Source of the DNA: Octopus sinensis
Lineage: Eukaryota
Reading direction: 5' to 3'
Length of the DNA stretch: 64,000 nt
Assembly: GCF_006345805.1 (NCBI RefSeq)
Contig: NC_042999.1
Coordinates: 93,868,001-93,932,000, forward strand
Shown here piece by piece: positions 27,481-42,506 of the stretch. Position numbers and translations under genes: made by a program. The notes beneath the pieces were generated by a model, which worked only from the letters and a program-made list of their open reading frames with translations, ran no database searches and was not told the DNA's origin. The number at the start of each line of letters is the position of its first letter. Position 1 is the first letter of the stretch.

Positions 27481-29404
27481 GCCATCGTTGTCACCGCCTT
27501 GCTCTTGTCGTTTGCTGTGGCTGTCCGTGAAATTTCTTGTGTGTGTGTGTTCGTGTGTGTGTATGGGTTCGCCTACGTAGCTTATACGCAAGAAAATGAT
27601 AATTGTTATAGGATATAGCTGTGTGTGCGTGTATATATGCGTGAGTGTGTGTTTCTTATTAGAAAAAGAACAGGTCAAAACTTTCGCTAGAGACAGCTTA
27701 TTTGAGTATATGACAATGTCTGCGAAACTGTCCTGTATCTGAACAAAATCTTTGTATAAATAATAGTTAACGCCGCATATACTGAATTCCTTATTCTGTT
27801 TATAGTCGTTGTGTTGTGCATTTAAAACAAATATTTTAATAAGTACAAAATAGAGAGATACATTATATACATTCATTAATAAGCTCAAATGTATTTTACA
27901 AGAACGCTGACATGAAATCACTATTTTCTGTAATAATCCACGTTTCTGCTGAGAAGAGGCTAGTAATGATCAATATGATTTACAATACTTTATTTCAAAC
28001 AGGAGAGTTGCAAGCTTAACGATTTCTTAAGATTTTGACTCATTCCTGCCGGCTCTTGTTGCATTTAAATCGAGGAAAAAGTGCATTGCACAATATTACA
28101 CAGCATAACGGAGAACTTCAGAGCCAAACATTTCTAAGCAACATATGTAACCTTTAAACAAATTCTCAGTAACAAACACGATGAATGAAAATAGCAATTC
28201 TAACTCACCCTATGGAAGGTCGATAAAATGGTACCAGAAAAACCCTACAGAAGATCGATTTTATCGACTAAAACCTCAGCAATGTCATGGTCACAATAAC
28301 TGAAAACAGTTACCAAATGAAAATATTATTCATGCAGGGGACATTAGTATACATTCAACTGGATATGAAAGGAATTATGAATGTGTTACGAATAATTCCA
28401 TCAATGATATAGCAAGAGCGTATCACAGAAACAATTTTCCTTTTGAATAAATATAACACCAAGCATTGAAGTTTATACAGATCAAACTGATCATTCGAAT
28501 AGTATAACAAGAAAGGAATAAAAACCTTTAAAACCTTCATATGAAAGGAATAAAAACCTTTAAAACCTTCATATGTATCGCAAATGCGCAATCTGTTCAC
28601 AAACGATCACTTTTGAAATTTTTCGCAACGTTATATTAATACAGGCTAGACGATATAAAATGTCATAACGTTTTAAATATAAACACAGATTTTGATATTT
28701 TCAGTTAGTATTCCTGCCCTGTTCAGTACTAATTTCTCTTTTATATTTTACATCATAAAATATACGGTTTCCATAAGCGACGCAGTAATAGAAATATCTA
28801 AACATATTTGATGCGAATATAATCGTTAAATACATAGTAATGTATCTGTACTTTTATTATCCATCCACTTTCATAATTTCTATTGAGAAATATTTTCTAA
28901 AGCTACTATATTCAGCCATAAACTATTTTCTCCATCTACTGTGATAAAAAAAAATAACTATGTAGTATTTTAAATACAATAAGGAATTTTATGGAGACAA
29001 AGGAAAATAATGCAAAGCCGAACACATTCAGATAATAAAGATTGTCACTTAGCTTGCATAACTGGTCTCAATGTTATATATTATGATGTAGTAAATAAAA
29101 TGGAAAACCATATATGGTAATGTATTTATTCTTTGCATGCCAAAGTGTTTATATATGCCTTTGGGAAAAACAAAATTGTATATCTATTACAAAACAGAGA
29201 TCAATTTCAAAGTTTACGTACGTTTTTCCAGAAGTCTATGACTGTGTAGTATAAGATATATTACAAAAAAGTTTTCTTGATAGATATGTATGCATACGAA
29301 CACACGCAAGAATACACAGAAACACACATATAACACACATAGGCACAGACGCACACACACACACACACACACACAATATATATATATATATAAATGTAGA
29401 TAGG

Positions 29405-29437
<33 letters not shown>

Positions 29438-29514
29438 TATATATATATAAGAATCTTTTGCGTAATGAGATAAAAAAAACAAGGCTGTATAGATATTAAA
29501 GCATTTATAGATAG

Positions 29515-29566
29515 GTCTTACAGCTGTTTCTAGGTTATTAATTAATAATATCCCTTCATCAGAGAC
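29515..29566 (-). ncRNA. Minimal type-I hammerhead ribozyme, consensus core intact
   Basis: Minus strand: gtct-CTGATGA-agg gata ttatt aatt aataa cct a-GAAAC agct GTA-agac. Stem I is gtct/agac, stem III is the palindrome ACAGCTGT, and the site is GUA. Confidence 0.7.
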
Positions 29567-29649
29567 GGTGTGACACACATCGGGAGAGAGACAGAGAGAC
29601 AGAGAGTAAGAAGCGAGAGAGGAAGAATTGTAAAAGTAAAGTTCTTTCC

Positions 29650-29868
29650 CGAGATATACACGCTGATATGACCAGTTCCCCGGTTTCCATGGCGTATTTA
29701 TTCCTCACCTGGACGGGAAGTCGGTCCGTCACAGGATTACTCATTTTTGCCCTGTGTATTGCATAGAGCGTCTTGACCTAAGAACACAACTCGTGGCACA
29801 ATTTAGAAATCGAAACCACAATCTTACTATCATGAGTCCAACATCCTAAACACTGAGCCACGCGAATC
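29650..29868 (-). mobile_element. tRNA-derived SINE
   Basis: Minus head CGCGTGGCTCAGTGTTTAGG (A box) and GGTTTCGATTTC (B box), followed by a TTCTTAGGTCAAGAC central motif. Confidence 0.65.
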
Positions 29869-29942
29869 CACTATATATGGATAGATGGACGGAAGGACGG
29901 ATAGACACACAGGCAGACAAATAGGTAAATAGATAGAATGAT

Positions 29943-29944
<2 letters not shown>

Positions 29945-30030
<86 letters not shown>
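29945..30030. repeat. (GATA)n microsatellite
   Basis: Direct inspection. Confidence 0.95.
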
Positions 30031-30375
30031 GGATGGATAGAGTGTTTTACTCACTGAGCTCATAAAGTAGTCACTAATTAAGTGATACCATGAAGTTTAG
30101 TGATTTGTTAAGTGTGCAGAAATAAGCAACAATAATTTATGAGATAATTCTAGCGTTTGTCATTTTAGAACAAATGTATGTCAATTTATATCTATGGAAG
30201 ATATAAACCGCGTACTACATTACTACTCGGCTTCAAATTTACAAAATAACATATGCCACAAAATTACATATATATGTACATCTATCTATCTGTCTATATA
30301 TCTTATATATCTATCTATTTCTCCCTCTCTCTGTATATATATACATATATATATACATATATATATATAATATAT

Positions 30376-30444
<69 letters not shown>

Positions 30445-30899
30445 GCAACGATTTGCCTCACCACACACCGAGTTTAGAAATAGCAGTCAAAGAGTTATGG
30501 CTATTCTTTCTACATAAAAGGGAGATCCCAGTAAAACCACAGCACTTAAAAGGCAAACAGCGCAGGCAAAAGAGAAAGAAATGAAGACAATCATTCGATA
30601 TTAAGTCACCTACGGACGTACGTTTCGAAATTAAGTCATAGGAAAGCATAAAAATTAAATAATTATGTCTTACCCAACTATTTTTCTCTTCAGCGTAGGA
30701 CACTTCAATTATAAATAATTGCGTCTCAATTATTAATAATTGTGTATTAAATTTGGAGGCACTAGAAGACATCACCTCAACTCATGGTATCAGAGCGAGC
30801 GTAGGCCATTACCAGTACCACCAAATTCAAAGGGTGAATGAAAGTAAGTCACCATCCTCCTCCCACCAGCGTGCTGCCAGAATTTTTCCATTCTTCATA

Positions 30900-31813
30900 T
30901 TAAACAGTCTGTGATTTTTGTAGTGATGATGGTGGGGTGTATCGACTGTTCAATAGGACGAATTTGATCAGATAAGGTGCTTAAATAGCCTTGACTATTA
31001 ATTCTGCCATGAAGGGAAAACATTGGGCCGGCGGATTTCAAAGATATACACCCACCACCTCAGATCATTACAGATATTCCATGTTTAGCAGTTGGAAGAA
31101 GGAAGTCTGGGTCAAATGCTTCTTTTGGCTCTCTCCACCTGGTCGGAAATAAGGTAAAGGAAAACTCAAACTCGTTAGAGAAAATAACATTTTCCCACTG
31201 CTCTAAGGACCAATTCTGCTAGTATTTATTTCTCTCTAAACGCTTTGCAACGTTTGTTTTTGAAAGTAGTCGTTTTCTGATTGTAGCATTCCTATGAAAT
31301 CCAGCTTTGTGTAGCTCCCGGCAAACAATATTTATGGAAACAGGGTTCTCGAGGTGGTCATTAAGATCTGCAGTACTTTTGGGGGACGTACTTTTGTGTT
31401 CCTTTTAACAATTTGTAAAAGAGCACGACGGTCCCCATTTGAAAGTTTTGGTTTTCTTGTGGAGTTTTGTTTCGGTGAAGATGTTTTCCCCTCCTTCACA
31501 AAGGCTGTCATTACTTCCGAGACAGTACTTCTTGATACACCAAATATTTCGTCTGCTTTCGTTACGATAGCACCTGCCATACGAGCACCAACAATTTGAC
31601 TTCTTTGAAAGTCCGGTCAATCTGTCATTTTAATTCATTTTAATTACCTTTTTTCTGATGATATCTGAAAAGAAACGGCAATTTTAGCAAAACATATTAA
31701 GGAACACTAATAATAAATCAGAAAACAAAAATAAATATGTTTTTACGGTATTATTGTTATTCCAAAATTATGATGCTATCGTGCTAGGTGTTTCCAGTAT
31801 TTTGTCCAACCCC
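30900..31813 (-). mobile_element. Tc1-like transposon relic (5' TIR plus degraded transposase)
   Basis: TIR GGGGTTGGACAAAATACTGGAAACACC at 31787-31813. Translation: IVGARMAG..FGVSRSTVS..EGKTSS.KQNS.RK..LHKAGF..NWSLEQWENVIFS..PKEAFDPD..SLHGRI. Confidence 0.8.
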
Positions 31814-31841
31814 AATATATATATATAATATATATATATAT

Positions 31842-31932
<91 letters not shown>

Positions 31933-31942
31933 TATATATATA

Positions 31943-31992
<50 letters not shown>

Positions 31993-32229
31993 GTATACAA
32001 AGAAGAAAGGAAGACAGAAAGAAAGAAAGACAGACGGAACAGAAATGTGATAAGGTTTACTACAGCAGTTTCAGATGTGTTCTTTGTTGATAAATAGCGT
32101 GATTACATCGTAAAAGAAACCACTTTCTTCAGATGAATGAACACCTTAATATTTATAATTGTAAATTTTGTCCGAAAAAGTAGCAAGATGTGACAAGTAT
32201 CAAGATTTGACATCAAGTAAGAGTGTGAA

Positions 32230-32910
32230 GATATACTGTAGAATAGCCACATATCATATGGAAGAGTGTCATAAACCCGTCTATAGTAAAATCTCCACTA
32301 AATGTGTATTAAGTAGTTATCAATGTGTTGTTCCGAAAAATATCAATTGTATCAGTGAATTTATTTCTACATTCATCGAAAGTGTGACAAGCGTAGCCAT
32401 GAGATATTCCCAATCCATCGTCTCTGTATAGATCAATGTCATGAGATCTTAGTGTATTTAAAATAATGAGACATGATTGCAAAGGCCCACTCTGTGATAC
32501 GGTACCATCGATACATAAAGCAATTCATCTGTATCGGGGTTTTTAACCCATAGTATGCCCTTACGAAACAGAAATGTTCTTGCTCGAATGCATGATAAAG
32601 TCCAGGTTCCTATGATCTATTCAACATATGGTTTTGCGAACTCACTCGCCTTATACAAATGTGACTTCGATATTGAGAGATAAAATTCTATGGTATGAAA
32701 CTGTGCAAATCTGGCCCTACGTTAATTATCTTACCATTTTTTCCATATTTCCCCTTTTTGCATCTACCTTCTCGTTTTTTCTCAGGATTTCTCTTATTCA
32801 AGCATCTTCATTTTGCAAATTGAACAGGCTAGGCGCTCTAAAAACACTGGAGAGTGCTTGGAGATACAAGGTAGATGATACTTTGCCTAGACTAGCATCG
32901 CCAGTATATG
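32230..32910 (-). pseudogene. Penelope-like element reverse transcriptase relic
   Basis: Manual translation: SLGKVS..QFHTIEFYLSIS..EFAKPYVE..RARTFLF..WVK..YVSMVPYHRVGLCNHVSLF*NTL..DLYRDDGL. These correspond to the PLE motifs FDI.EFYPSI, FDVxMGSYDGAE and LYRDDGL. Confidence 0.7.
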
Positions 32911-35661
32911 GAAGTGTAAACATTGCGTTTATTCATAGCGTACATTAAATGTTATTAATTACTTATTGGATGGAATACTTATTCTGTTGGTATTACCTTC
33001 ACGGAAAAGATAACTGCATATGCATATATATATATGTATATATATATCTGTGTGTTTGTATGTGTGCATATGTTATCGTGTTCGCGCCTATAATTTTATC
33101 CCACACCGTTTCTCTCTCCGAATTCAACTCTGACGTTAGCTGCGTGAAAACAGACACTCATGGATAAGGTAGCAAGACTGAATCGTAGTTCACGTTTTAA
33201 CATTTTTGCAAATTAAAGGTTATACCAACACAAAAACGCCTGCAAGTATTACCGTCAATTGCAAGCTTGCATTAATTGCTATAGGCATCACGTTTCTTCG
33301 AATTCTTATATGTGACAGTGTATTCATGACCCAAAGTCTACCTAATGGAGCATCCGTACTCCAGCAACTGGAATTAGAGAAGGCTATGCTAAAACTAAAT
33401 TGGTTCTAATTTTTATGATGGAGTATAACCCCGATCTTCGCAATACAGTAAACAATAAGCATTATACACATCTAGGGAACACTGAAAACTAACTTGCAGT
33501 CATAAAATGTAGAGCATCTTGTAGTGATTAGCTTATGTTTGGAAGCTCTATGTAAAGACAAGATATACACAGACATTCCTGCATATAGAGAATGTCATCG
33601 GCATTTTCAGACATAAATTCACACACGTAAGAACGTATATACTGTATAGCAGAAATTCAGGCCTCAGGTAAATTATTCATGAATCATATGAACGTTTTCT
33701 ACGTCTTTACAAGGTTTTTTTTATTACCTTTTAGTTAGCTGGACAGACAGATCCCATAAACCATCACAGTTTCTCTGAAGCTAGTTAGAAGGAATGGAAA
33801 AGGTGTTCCAAGTTGTAAACATCGTTTGAATCTTTGCATTAGGGTGAATTCTGTTGATGGCAGTCAAATATCCTGGTTATGTCAGTCAAAACTCCTGGGA
33901 GAAGAATTAAATCTACATCAAATAAACCGTTGTAGAATATAAACTCTGAATGTAAAAAGAAATAAATACATAGATAAACAAATATATAAATAGCTAAATG
34001 ACTACGTAAATTATAAATAAGAGACCAATAAATACTGAAAGGTGCATCTCCCGACGGTCTTAAGGATCCACCAATTCAACCCACCCTGACTGTATCATTT
34101 TTACTGATCCAAAAATACTTTTGACATCAGTGGTCAAATCAATTAGTGAACACAGGGAAAGTAATCGAAGTAATGCAAATCATGAATAATCTAGCTTTCA
34201 AGAATTATATTAGACAGAACATTCTAGCATTGAATTTGGTTTTGCTTTAAACTGCTTTTACCGTTTATAGATATATGTGTATTTGTGTGTGTTATTCTGA
34301 AATTATACTATACGTGTATATGTTATGCATGTTCCTTCTACTAAATACATGATACTTGAGTGTACAAAACTGCGTTAGTACTTCCGTGAGATAAAACGTA
34401 TGCAATATCTTAATGTTTATGTAGCATCCGAATAAATTTGAATGTGACTTCAATGATCAAATATATTTAAATTTAAACTACGTATAATAACATTTTGATG
34501 ATGTATGAACTTTCATTTTTATTATTTGATCAATAAAGTTTTAAACACAACGAATGTTTAGATATAGTTTTATTTATATGTTCACAGTTAAATGTAGTGT
34601 TTCGATTAAAGTGGATGAATTTTTATTGGAATTCATCATGATTGCTGCGTTTATAGTCTATAATAAATTTAATTATCAGTTCATTAAATTTAATAAATAT
34701 ATTTTTAAGAATATATTTTAATCTTAATTCAATGAGTCAAATGTTAAATGATCAGGCTTGATCTTTAGTGAGATGAATAAAATGAGTTAGATATTTATTT
34801 TAGCTGTTAATATGTTTATTTGTTTTAATGTTTGCGTTTTAACCTATAAAGTTTGACGAGGAAATGTATTTCACATACACTTATAATCTAGTTTCAGAAT
34901 AGTATGAATGCCACCCAATATCCTCAAATAGTATAACTACTGAATGCCTCAAAACTTTAATTTTGAAGGGACACCTGTGTTTTGGTAACAGAATGCTCGT
35001 CGGAATCAATACATTAATGTTTTTGTCTGTCAGCAAAGAACGAGCTCGAAACGAAAGAATGGCTGAAACCTATGGTACACATTATGCTGTATTTAAAATT
35101 ATAATGGTCTAATATGAATACGTCTACCGTGCTAGAGGTACAAATTAAGATATTAACTGTATTTTGTAATTATCCAAATATTAATATTTCTTCTGAAACG
35201 TTCAATGAAAAGAAAATATTTTTCTTTGTCTTTTTCCGATGAAATGGACAATCTTAATGCTGTTCTATACTTGGCATAATATATATGTAAAAAAATGAAA
35301 TAATCTCAGCTGAGTCGTGATTAACAGTCAGACGATAATGGACTAAAGAAATATATTGTTTTTGCATAAACTAGACTGAGCAGGGATGTCTATACATACA
35401 TGCATACATGCATTCATACAAACATACATACATGCATACTTGCATGTACATACACACACACACATATAGATAGATAGATAGACAGATATATATATGTATG
35501 TGTAAATATATATATGTATGTGCAAATATATATATGTATATATATGCATATACAATATATATACATATATATAGGTATATATAAATGTATATATATGTAT
35601 ATATACATATATATTTATATATATATATGTACATATATATATATATATATTATATATATAT

Positions 35662-35694
<33 letters not shown>

Positions 35695-35736
35695 CATACA
35701 TATATATATATACATATAATATATATATAAATATAG

Positions 35737-35774
<38 letters not shown>

Positions 35775-35949
35775 ATAAATATTAGGGAATAATCCAAATT
35801 TACAGGGAAAAAAATCAGATTTATGATTAAATCGATTTTATAGTAAAATATTATAAAATATTATTCGAGACAAAACCACTATTTTGCAAAACAAAACAAG
35901 GAAAGACTAATTAATACATAAAATTTTAATAAATAGTCAAAAAAAACCG

Positions 35950-35992
35950 CCACTACAATCGTTTCTTGTCTTGATCGACAATCTTCAGGTGG
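35950..35992 (-). ncRNA. Minimal type-I hammerhead ribozyme (left-arm copy)
   Basis: Exact reverse complement of 42507-42549. Confidence 0.7.
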
Positions 35993-38900
35993 ACTTCCAA
36001 TCTAAAAATCAATATTTTAAAATATAAAAATAATCTTTTAAAATAATTAAAGTATGAATGAAAAAAATATAAGTATATAATCCATATATAACCTAACTAT
36101 AATCCATATATAAACAATATATAAACAATATATAAACTAAAAAACCTATCAACAATTAAATATAAAATATAAAATATAAAATATAAAATATAAAATATAA
36201 AATATAAAATATAAAATATAAAACAAAACAAAAAAAATAATAATATAAATAATAAACTATATATAACACCCATACGCATATACCTAATTATATATAACCA
36301 TATCTAACTACATACACTAAATCACACACACATATATATATATCCCTATACATACACATAAAAATGTCTAGGCAACTATAAATAAATAAAATAGCTAAAT
36401 ACTTCAACACAATACTTATTCATACTCCCACACACACACACATACAACCCCATTCACGCTCTAGAAAACGGACATCACTCAAACTATGAACGGAGAAATG
36501 GAATAAATGGAATTAAAAATTATATACACTTGGTAAAAACACACTACTTAAAAATTATGAATGAAACAATGCAATAAAACAACAGACATCGCAAATATAC
36601 ACAAATTACTACAAATTCCTTATCAAACCTACCATGATAACCAAATTCATAAAACATATAATGATAAAATCTCCCTTTACTAAACTGTATAACAAACCTA
36701 TATAGCAATCCCCCTAACCTAAACATTCACACACAAACACACACACGTAAACCACACACCCACGACATATACAAATACCCACACACCACTTACACATACC
36801 AATACATACATATAAACCTCAACATATACTCCAAAAACCCACTCAACCCCACACAGACAAATAAACACAAAAATTATGAATGGATTCATTTATAAAACTA
36901 CCATAATAATCTAAAACTCACAAAACAAAATGATAAACCTCCTTTTACTAAACACTAAAACATACTTATATAGCAATTCTTTTAACCTATACATTCACAC
37001 ACACCAACCACTCGTAAACCACACACCCATAACAAATACAAACTCCCACCCCACTCACACCACACCCACAAGTACATATAAGCCTCACATATACACCAAA
37101 CAAAATTACTTTACAAGGAACTTAACATATATATAAAAAGTATAACCGCTCTGGAAACGAACATCTCTAAATTAATGAATGGAGAAATGGAATAAATGGA
37201 ATTAAAAATAAAATTCACGTGGCAAAACGAACACCACTCAAAAATTATGAATGAAACAATATAAAAAAACAACCAACATCGAAAACAAATTACTTACTAC
37301 GAATTCCCTAAAAAAAAACCATGATAAACCAAAACTCTAAAAAACATATAACGATAAATCTCCCTTTGCTAAACTCTATAACAAACCTATATAGTAATCC
37401 CCCTAACCTAAACATTCACACACAAACCACACACGTAAACCACATACCCACGACTTATACACATACATAAACTAACTTATAACCTCCATATACACCAAAA
37501 CCCACTCCCTCCCACACAGACAAATTAACTCATACATCCAAAACCTAAATAACAAACCCATATACACATTCACACACAAACACACACCACGCAAAACACA
37601 CAAACACAACATATACATATACTCCCTCACATATACGCATATACATACTCACTAAACTCAATATATACAACAATATTTACACACCCACACTCATACAGAT
37701 AAATAAATTATACAACTAAAAACTCGCACACAATCTCATATACATAACACTCCTATGAAAACAACATTAAATACATCGTAATTAACCAGAATGTCAAAAA
37801 TAACAATATGACATAAAGGTAAATAACATACATACTTACAATTCAGTGTCAAATTATGAAGTGAAATTAAATTCTTAGCCGTTAAAAAATCAAACCAAAT
37901 TACGTTACCATAGAAATAACTTATGTAAAAAAAGACTAACAATCAACTTACAGTACCCCAAACCCATTCTCTATGCCTACCTCACTACTACACTATTCCC
38001 ATCACATTCCAAACAACGCTAGTCCACCTCCCGGTTTTTCACGTGGCAAAACGAACACCACTCAAAAATTATGAATGAAACAATGTAATAAAACAACCAA
38101 CATCGAAAATAGACAAATTACCACAAATTCTCTCTAAAAAAAAAAAAAAAAAAAAAACCATGATAAACCAAAACTCCTAAAAACATATAACGATAAATCT
38201 CCCTTTGCTAAACTCTATAACAAACCTATATAGCAATCTCCCTAACCTAAACATTCACACACAAATACACACTCGTAAACCACAGACCCACTACTTACAC
38301 ACATACCTATACTAACTTATAAACCTCAATATACACCAAAACCCACTCCCTCCCACACAGACAAATTAACACATACATCCCAAAACCTAAATAACAAACC
38401 CATATACACATTCACACACAAACACACACACACGCAAAACACACACACACAACAGATACATATACTCCCTCACATATACGCATATACATACTCACTAAAC
38501 TCGATATATACCAAATTTACACACCCACACTCATACAGATAAATAAATTATACAACTAAAAAACTCGCACACAATCTCATATACATAAACACACCTATGA
38601 AAACAACATTAAATACATCGTAATTAACCAGAATATCAAAAATAACAATATGACATAAGGATAAATAAAATACATACTTACAATTCAGTGTCAAATTATG
38701 AAGTGAAATTAAATTCTTAGCCGTTAAAAAAATCAAAGCAAAATTACGTTACCATAGAAATAACTTATGTAAAAAAAGAATACGCGCCATGGAAAGTAAA
38801 CGTCATTTAAATTATGAATGGAGAAATAGGAAAATGGAACTAAAAACTATATCCACGTGGCAAACCACACTACTTAAAAAACTTTTTTATGAATGGATTC

Positions 38901-41900
38901 TTTAAAAAACTACCATTAAAAATAATTATATACATCTATGAACTTTAGCTCACCTTAGCATCTCTAACAAACAACTTGCAGTAACCCAAACCCATTCTCT
39001 ATGCCTACCTCACTACTACAACTATTCCATTCACAATTCCAAGCAACGCTAGTCCACCACCCGGTTATTCACGTGGCAAAACTAACACCACTCAAAAATT
39101 ATGAATGAAACAATGTAATAAAACAACCAACATCGAAAATAGACAAATTACCACGAATTCCCTAAAATAACCATGATAAACCAAAACTCATAAAAACATA
39201 TAACGATAAAATCTCCCTTTACTAAACACTATAACAAACCTATATAGTAATCCCTTTAGGGGGATTACTATATAGGTTTGTTATAGTGTTTAGTAAAGGG
39301 AGATTTTATCGTTATATGTTTTTATGAGTTTTGGTTTATCATGGTTATTTTAGGGAATTCGTGGTAATTTGTCTATTTTCGATGTTGGTTGTTTTATTAC
39401 ATTGTTTCATTCATAATTTTTGAGTGGTGTTAGTTTTGCCACGTGAATAACCGGGTGGTGGACTAGCGTTGCTTGGAATTGTGAATGGAATAGTGTAGTA
39501 GTGAGGTAGGCATAGAGAATGGGTTTGGGTTACTGCAAGTTGTTTGTTAGAGATGCTAAGGTGAGCTAAAGTTCATAGATGTATATAATTATTTTTAATG
39601 GTAGTTTTTTAAAGAATCCATTCATAATAAAAGTTTTTTTAAGTAGTGTTGGTTTGCCACGTGGATATAGTTTTTAGTTCCATTTTCCTATTTCTCCATT
39701 CATAATTTAAATGACGTTTACTTTCCATGGCGCGTATTCTTTTTTTACATAAGTTATTTCTATGGTAACGTAATTTTGGTTTGATTTTTTAACGGCTAAG
39801 AATTTAATTTCACTTCATAATTTGACACTGAATTGTAAGTATGTATTTTATTTATCCTTATGTCATATTGTTATTTTTGATATTCTGGTTAATTACGATG
39901 TATTTAATGTTGTTTTCATAGGTGTGTTTATGTATATGAGATTGTGTGCGAGTTTTTAGTTGTATAATTTATTTATCTGTATGAGTGTGGGTGTGTAATA
40001 TTGTTGTATATATCGAGTTTAGTGAGTATGTATATGCGTATATGTGAGGGAGTATATGTATCTGTTGTGTGTGTGTGTTTTGCGTGTGTGTGTGTTTGTG
40101 TGTGAATGTGTATATGGGTTTGTTATTTAGGTTTTGGGATGTATGTGTTAATTTGTCTGTGTGGGAGGGAGTGGGTTTTGGTGTATATTGAGGTTTATAA
40201 GTTAGTATAGGTATGTGTATAAGTAGTGGGTCTGTGGTTTACGAGTGTGTATTTGTGTGTGAATGTTTAGGTTAGGGAGATTGCTATATAGGTTTGTTAT
40301 AGAGTTTAGCAAAGGGAGATTTATCGTTATATGTTTTTAGGAGTTTTGGTTTATCATGGTTTTTTTTTTTTTTTTTTTAGGGAATTTGTGGTAATTTGTC
40401 TATTTTCGATGTTGGTTGTTTTATTACATTGTTTCATTCATAATTTTTGAGTGGTGTTCGTTTTGCCACGTGAATAACCGGGAGGTGGACTAGCGTTGTT
40501 TGGAATTGTGAATGGAATAGTGTAGTAGTGAGGTAGGCATAGAGAATGGGTTTGGGTTACTGTAAGTTGATTGTTAGTCTTTTTTTACATAAGTTATTTC
40601 TATGGTAACGTAATTTTGGTTTGATTTTTTAACGGCTAAGAATTTAATTTCACTTCATAATTTGACACTGAATTGTAAGTATGTATTTTATTTACCTTTA
40701 TGTCATATTGTTATTTTTGATATTCTGGTTAATTACGATGTATTTAATGTTGTTTTCATAGGAGTGTTTATGTATATGAGATTGTGTGCGAGTTTTTAGT
40801 TGTATAATTTATTTATCTGTATGAGTGTGGGTGTGTAAATATTGTTGTATATATTGGTTTAGTGAGTATGTATATGCGTATATGTGAGGGAGTATATGTA
40901 TATGTTGTGTTTGTGTTTTTTGCGTGTGTGTGTGTTTGTGTGTGAATGTGTATATGGGTTTGTTATTTAGGTTTTGGGATGTATGAGTTAATTTGTCTGT
41001 GTGGGAGGGAGTGGGTTTTGGTGTATATGGAGGTTTTAAGTTAGTTTATGTATGTGTATAAGTCGTGGGTATGTGGTTTACGTGTGTGTTTGTGTGTGAA
41101 TGTTTAGGTTAGGGGGATTACTATATAGGTTTGTTATAGAGTTTAGCAAAGGGAGATTTTATCGTTATATGTTTTTTAAGAGTTTTGGTTTATCATGGTT
41201 TTTTTTAGGGAATTCGTAGTAATTTGTCTATTTTCGATGTTGGTTGTTTTATTATATTGTTTCATTCATAATTTTTGAGTGGTGTTCGTTTTGCCACGTG
41301 AATTTTATTTTTAATTCCATTTATTCCATTTCTCCATTCATTAATTTAGAGATGTTCGTTCCAGAGCGGTTATACTTTTTATATATATGTTAAGTTCCTT
41401 GGTAAAGTAATTTTGTTTGGTGTATATGTTGAGGCTTATATGTACTTGTGGGTGTGTGTGAGTGGGGTGGGAGTTTGTATTTGTTATGGGTGTGTGGTTT
41501 ACGAGTGGTTTGGTGTGTGAATGTATAGGTTAAAAGAATTGCTATATAAGTATGTTTTAGTGTTTAGTAAAAGGAGGTTTTATCATTTCTGTTTTGTGAG
41601 TTTTAGATTATTATGGTAGTTTTAATGAATCCATTCATAATTTTTGTGTTTATTTGTCTTGTGGGGGTGAGTGGGTTTTTGGAGTATATGTTGAGGTTTA
41701 TATGTATGTATTGGTATGTGTAAGTGGTGTGGGTATTTGTATATGTCGTGGGTGTGTGGTTTACGTGGTGTATTTGTGTGTGAATGTTTAGGTTAGGGGG
41801 ATTGCTATATAGGTTTGTTATACAGTTTAGTAAAGGGAGATTTTTCATTATATGTTTTTTATGAATTTTGGTTATCATGGTAGGTTTGATAAGGATTTGT

Positions 41901-42506
41901 AGTAATTTGTGTATATTTGCGATGTCTGTTGTTTTATTGCATTGTTTCATTCATAATTTTTAAGTAGTGTTTGTTTTACCAAGTGTGTATAATTTTAATT
42001 CCATTTATTCCATTTCTCCGTTCATAGTTTTGAGTGATGTCTGTTTTCTAGAGCGTGAATGTGGGTTGTATGTGTGTGTGTGTGGGAGTATGAATAAGTA
42101 TTGTGTTGAAGTATTTAGCTATTTTATTTATTTATAGTTGCCTAGACATTTTTGTGTAGTATAGGGATATATATATAGGTGTGTGATTTAGTGTATGTAG
42201 TTAGATATGGTTATATATAATTAGGTATATGCGTATGGGTGTATATATAGTTTATTATTATATATTATTTTTTTGTTTTTTTTTATATTTTATATTTTAT
42301 ATTTTATATTTTATATTTTATATTTTATATTTTATATTTAATTGTTGATAGGTTTTTTTAGTTTATATATTGTTTATATATTGTTTATATATGGATTATA
42401 GATAGGTTATATATGGATTATATACTTATATTTTTTCATTCATACTTTAATTATTTTAAAATTATTATTTTTATATTTTAAAATATTGATTTTTTAGATT
42501 GGAAGT

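Noticed and set aside
28514-28575. 32-bp tandem duplication, and CRISPR-like interpretation of short repeats here or at 47265
   Set aside because: There are only two adjacent units with no spacers, in a eukaryotic context.
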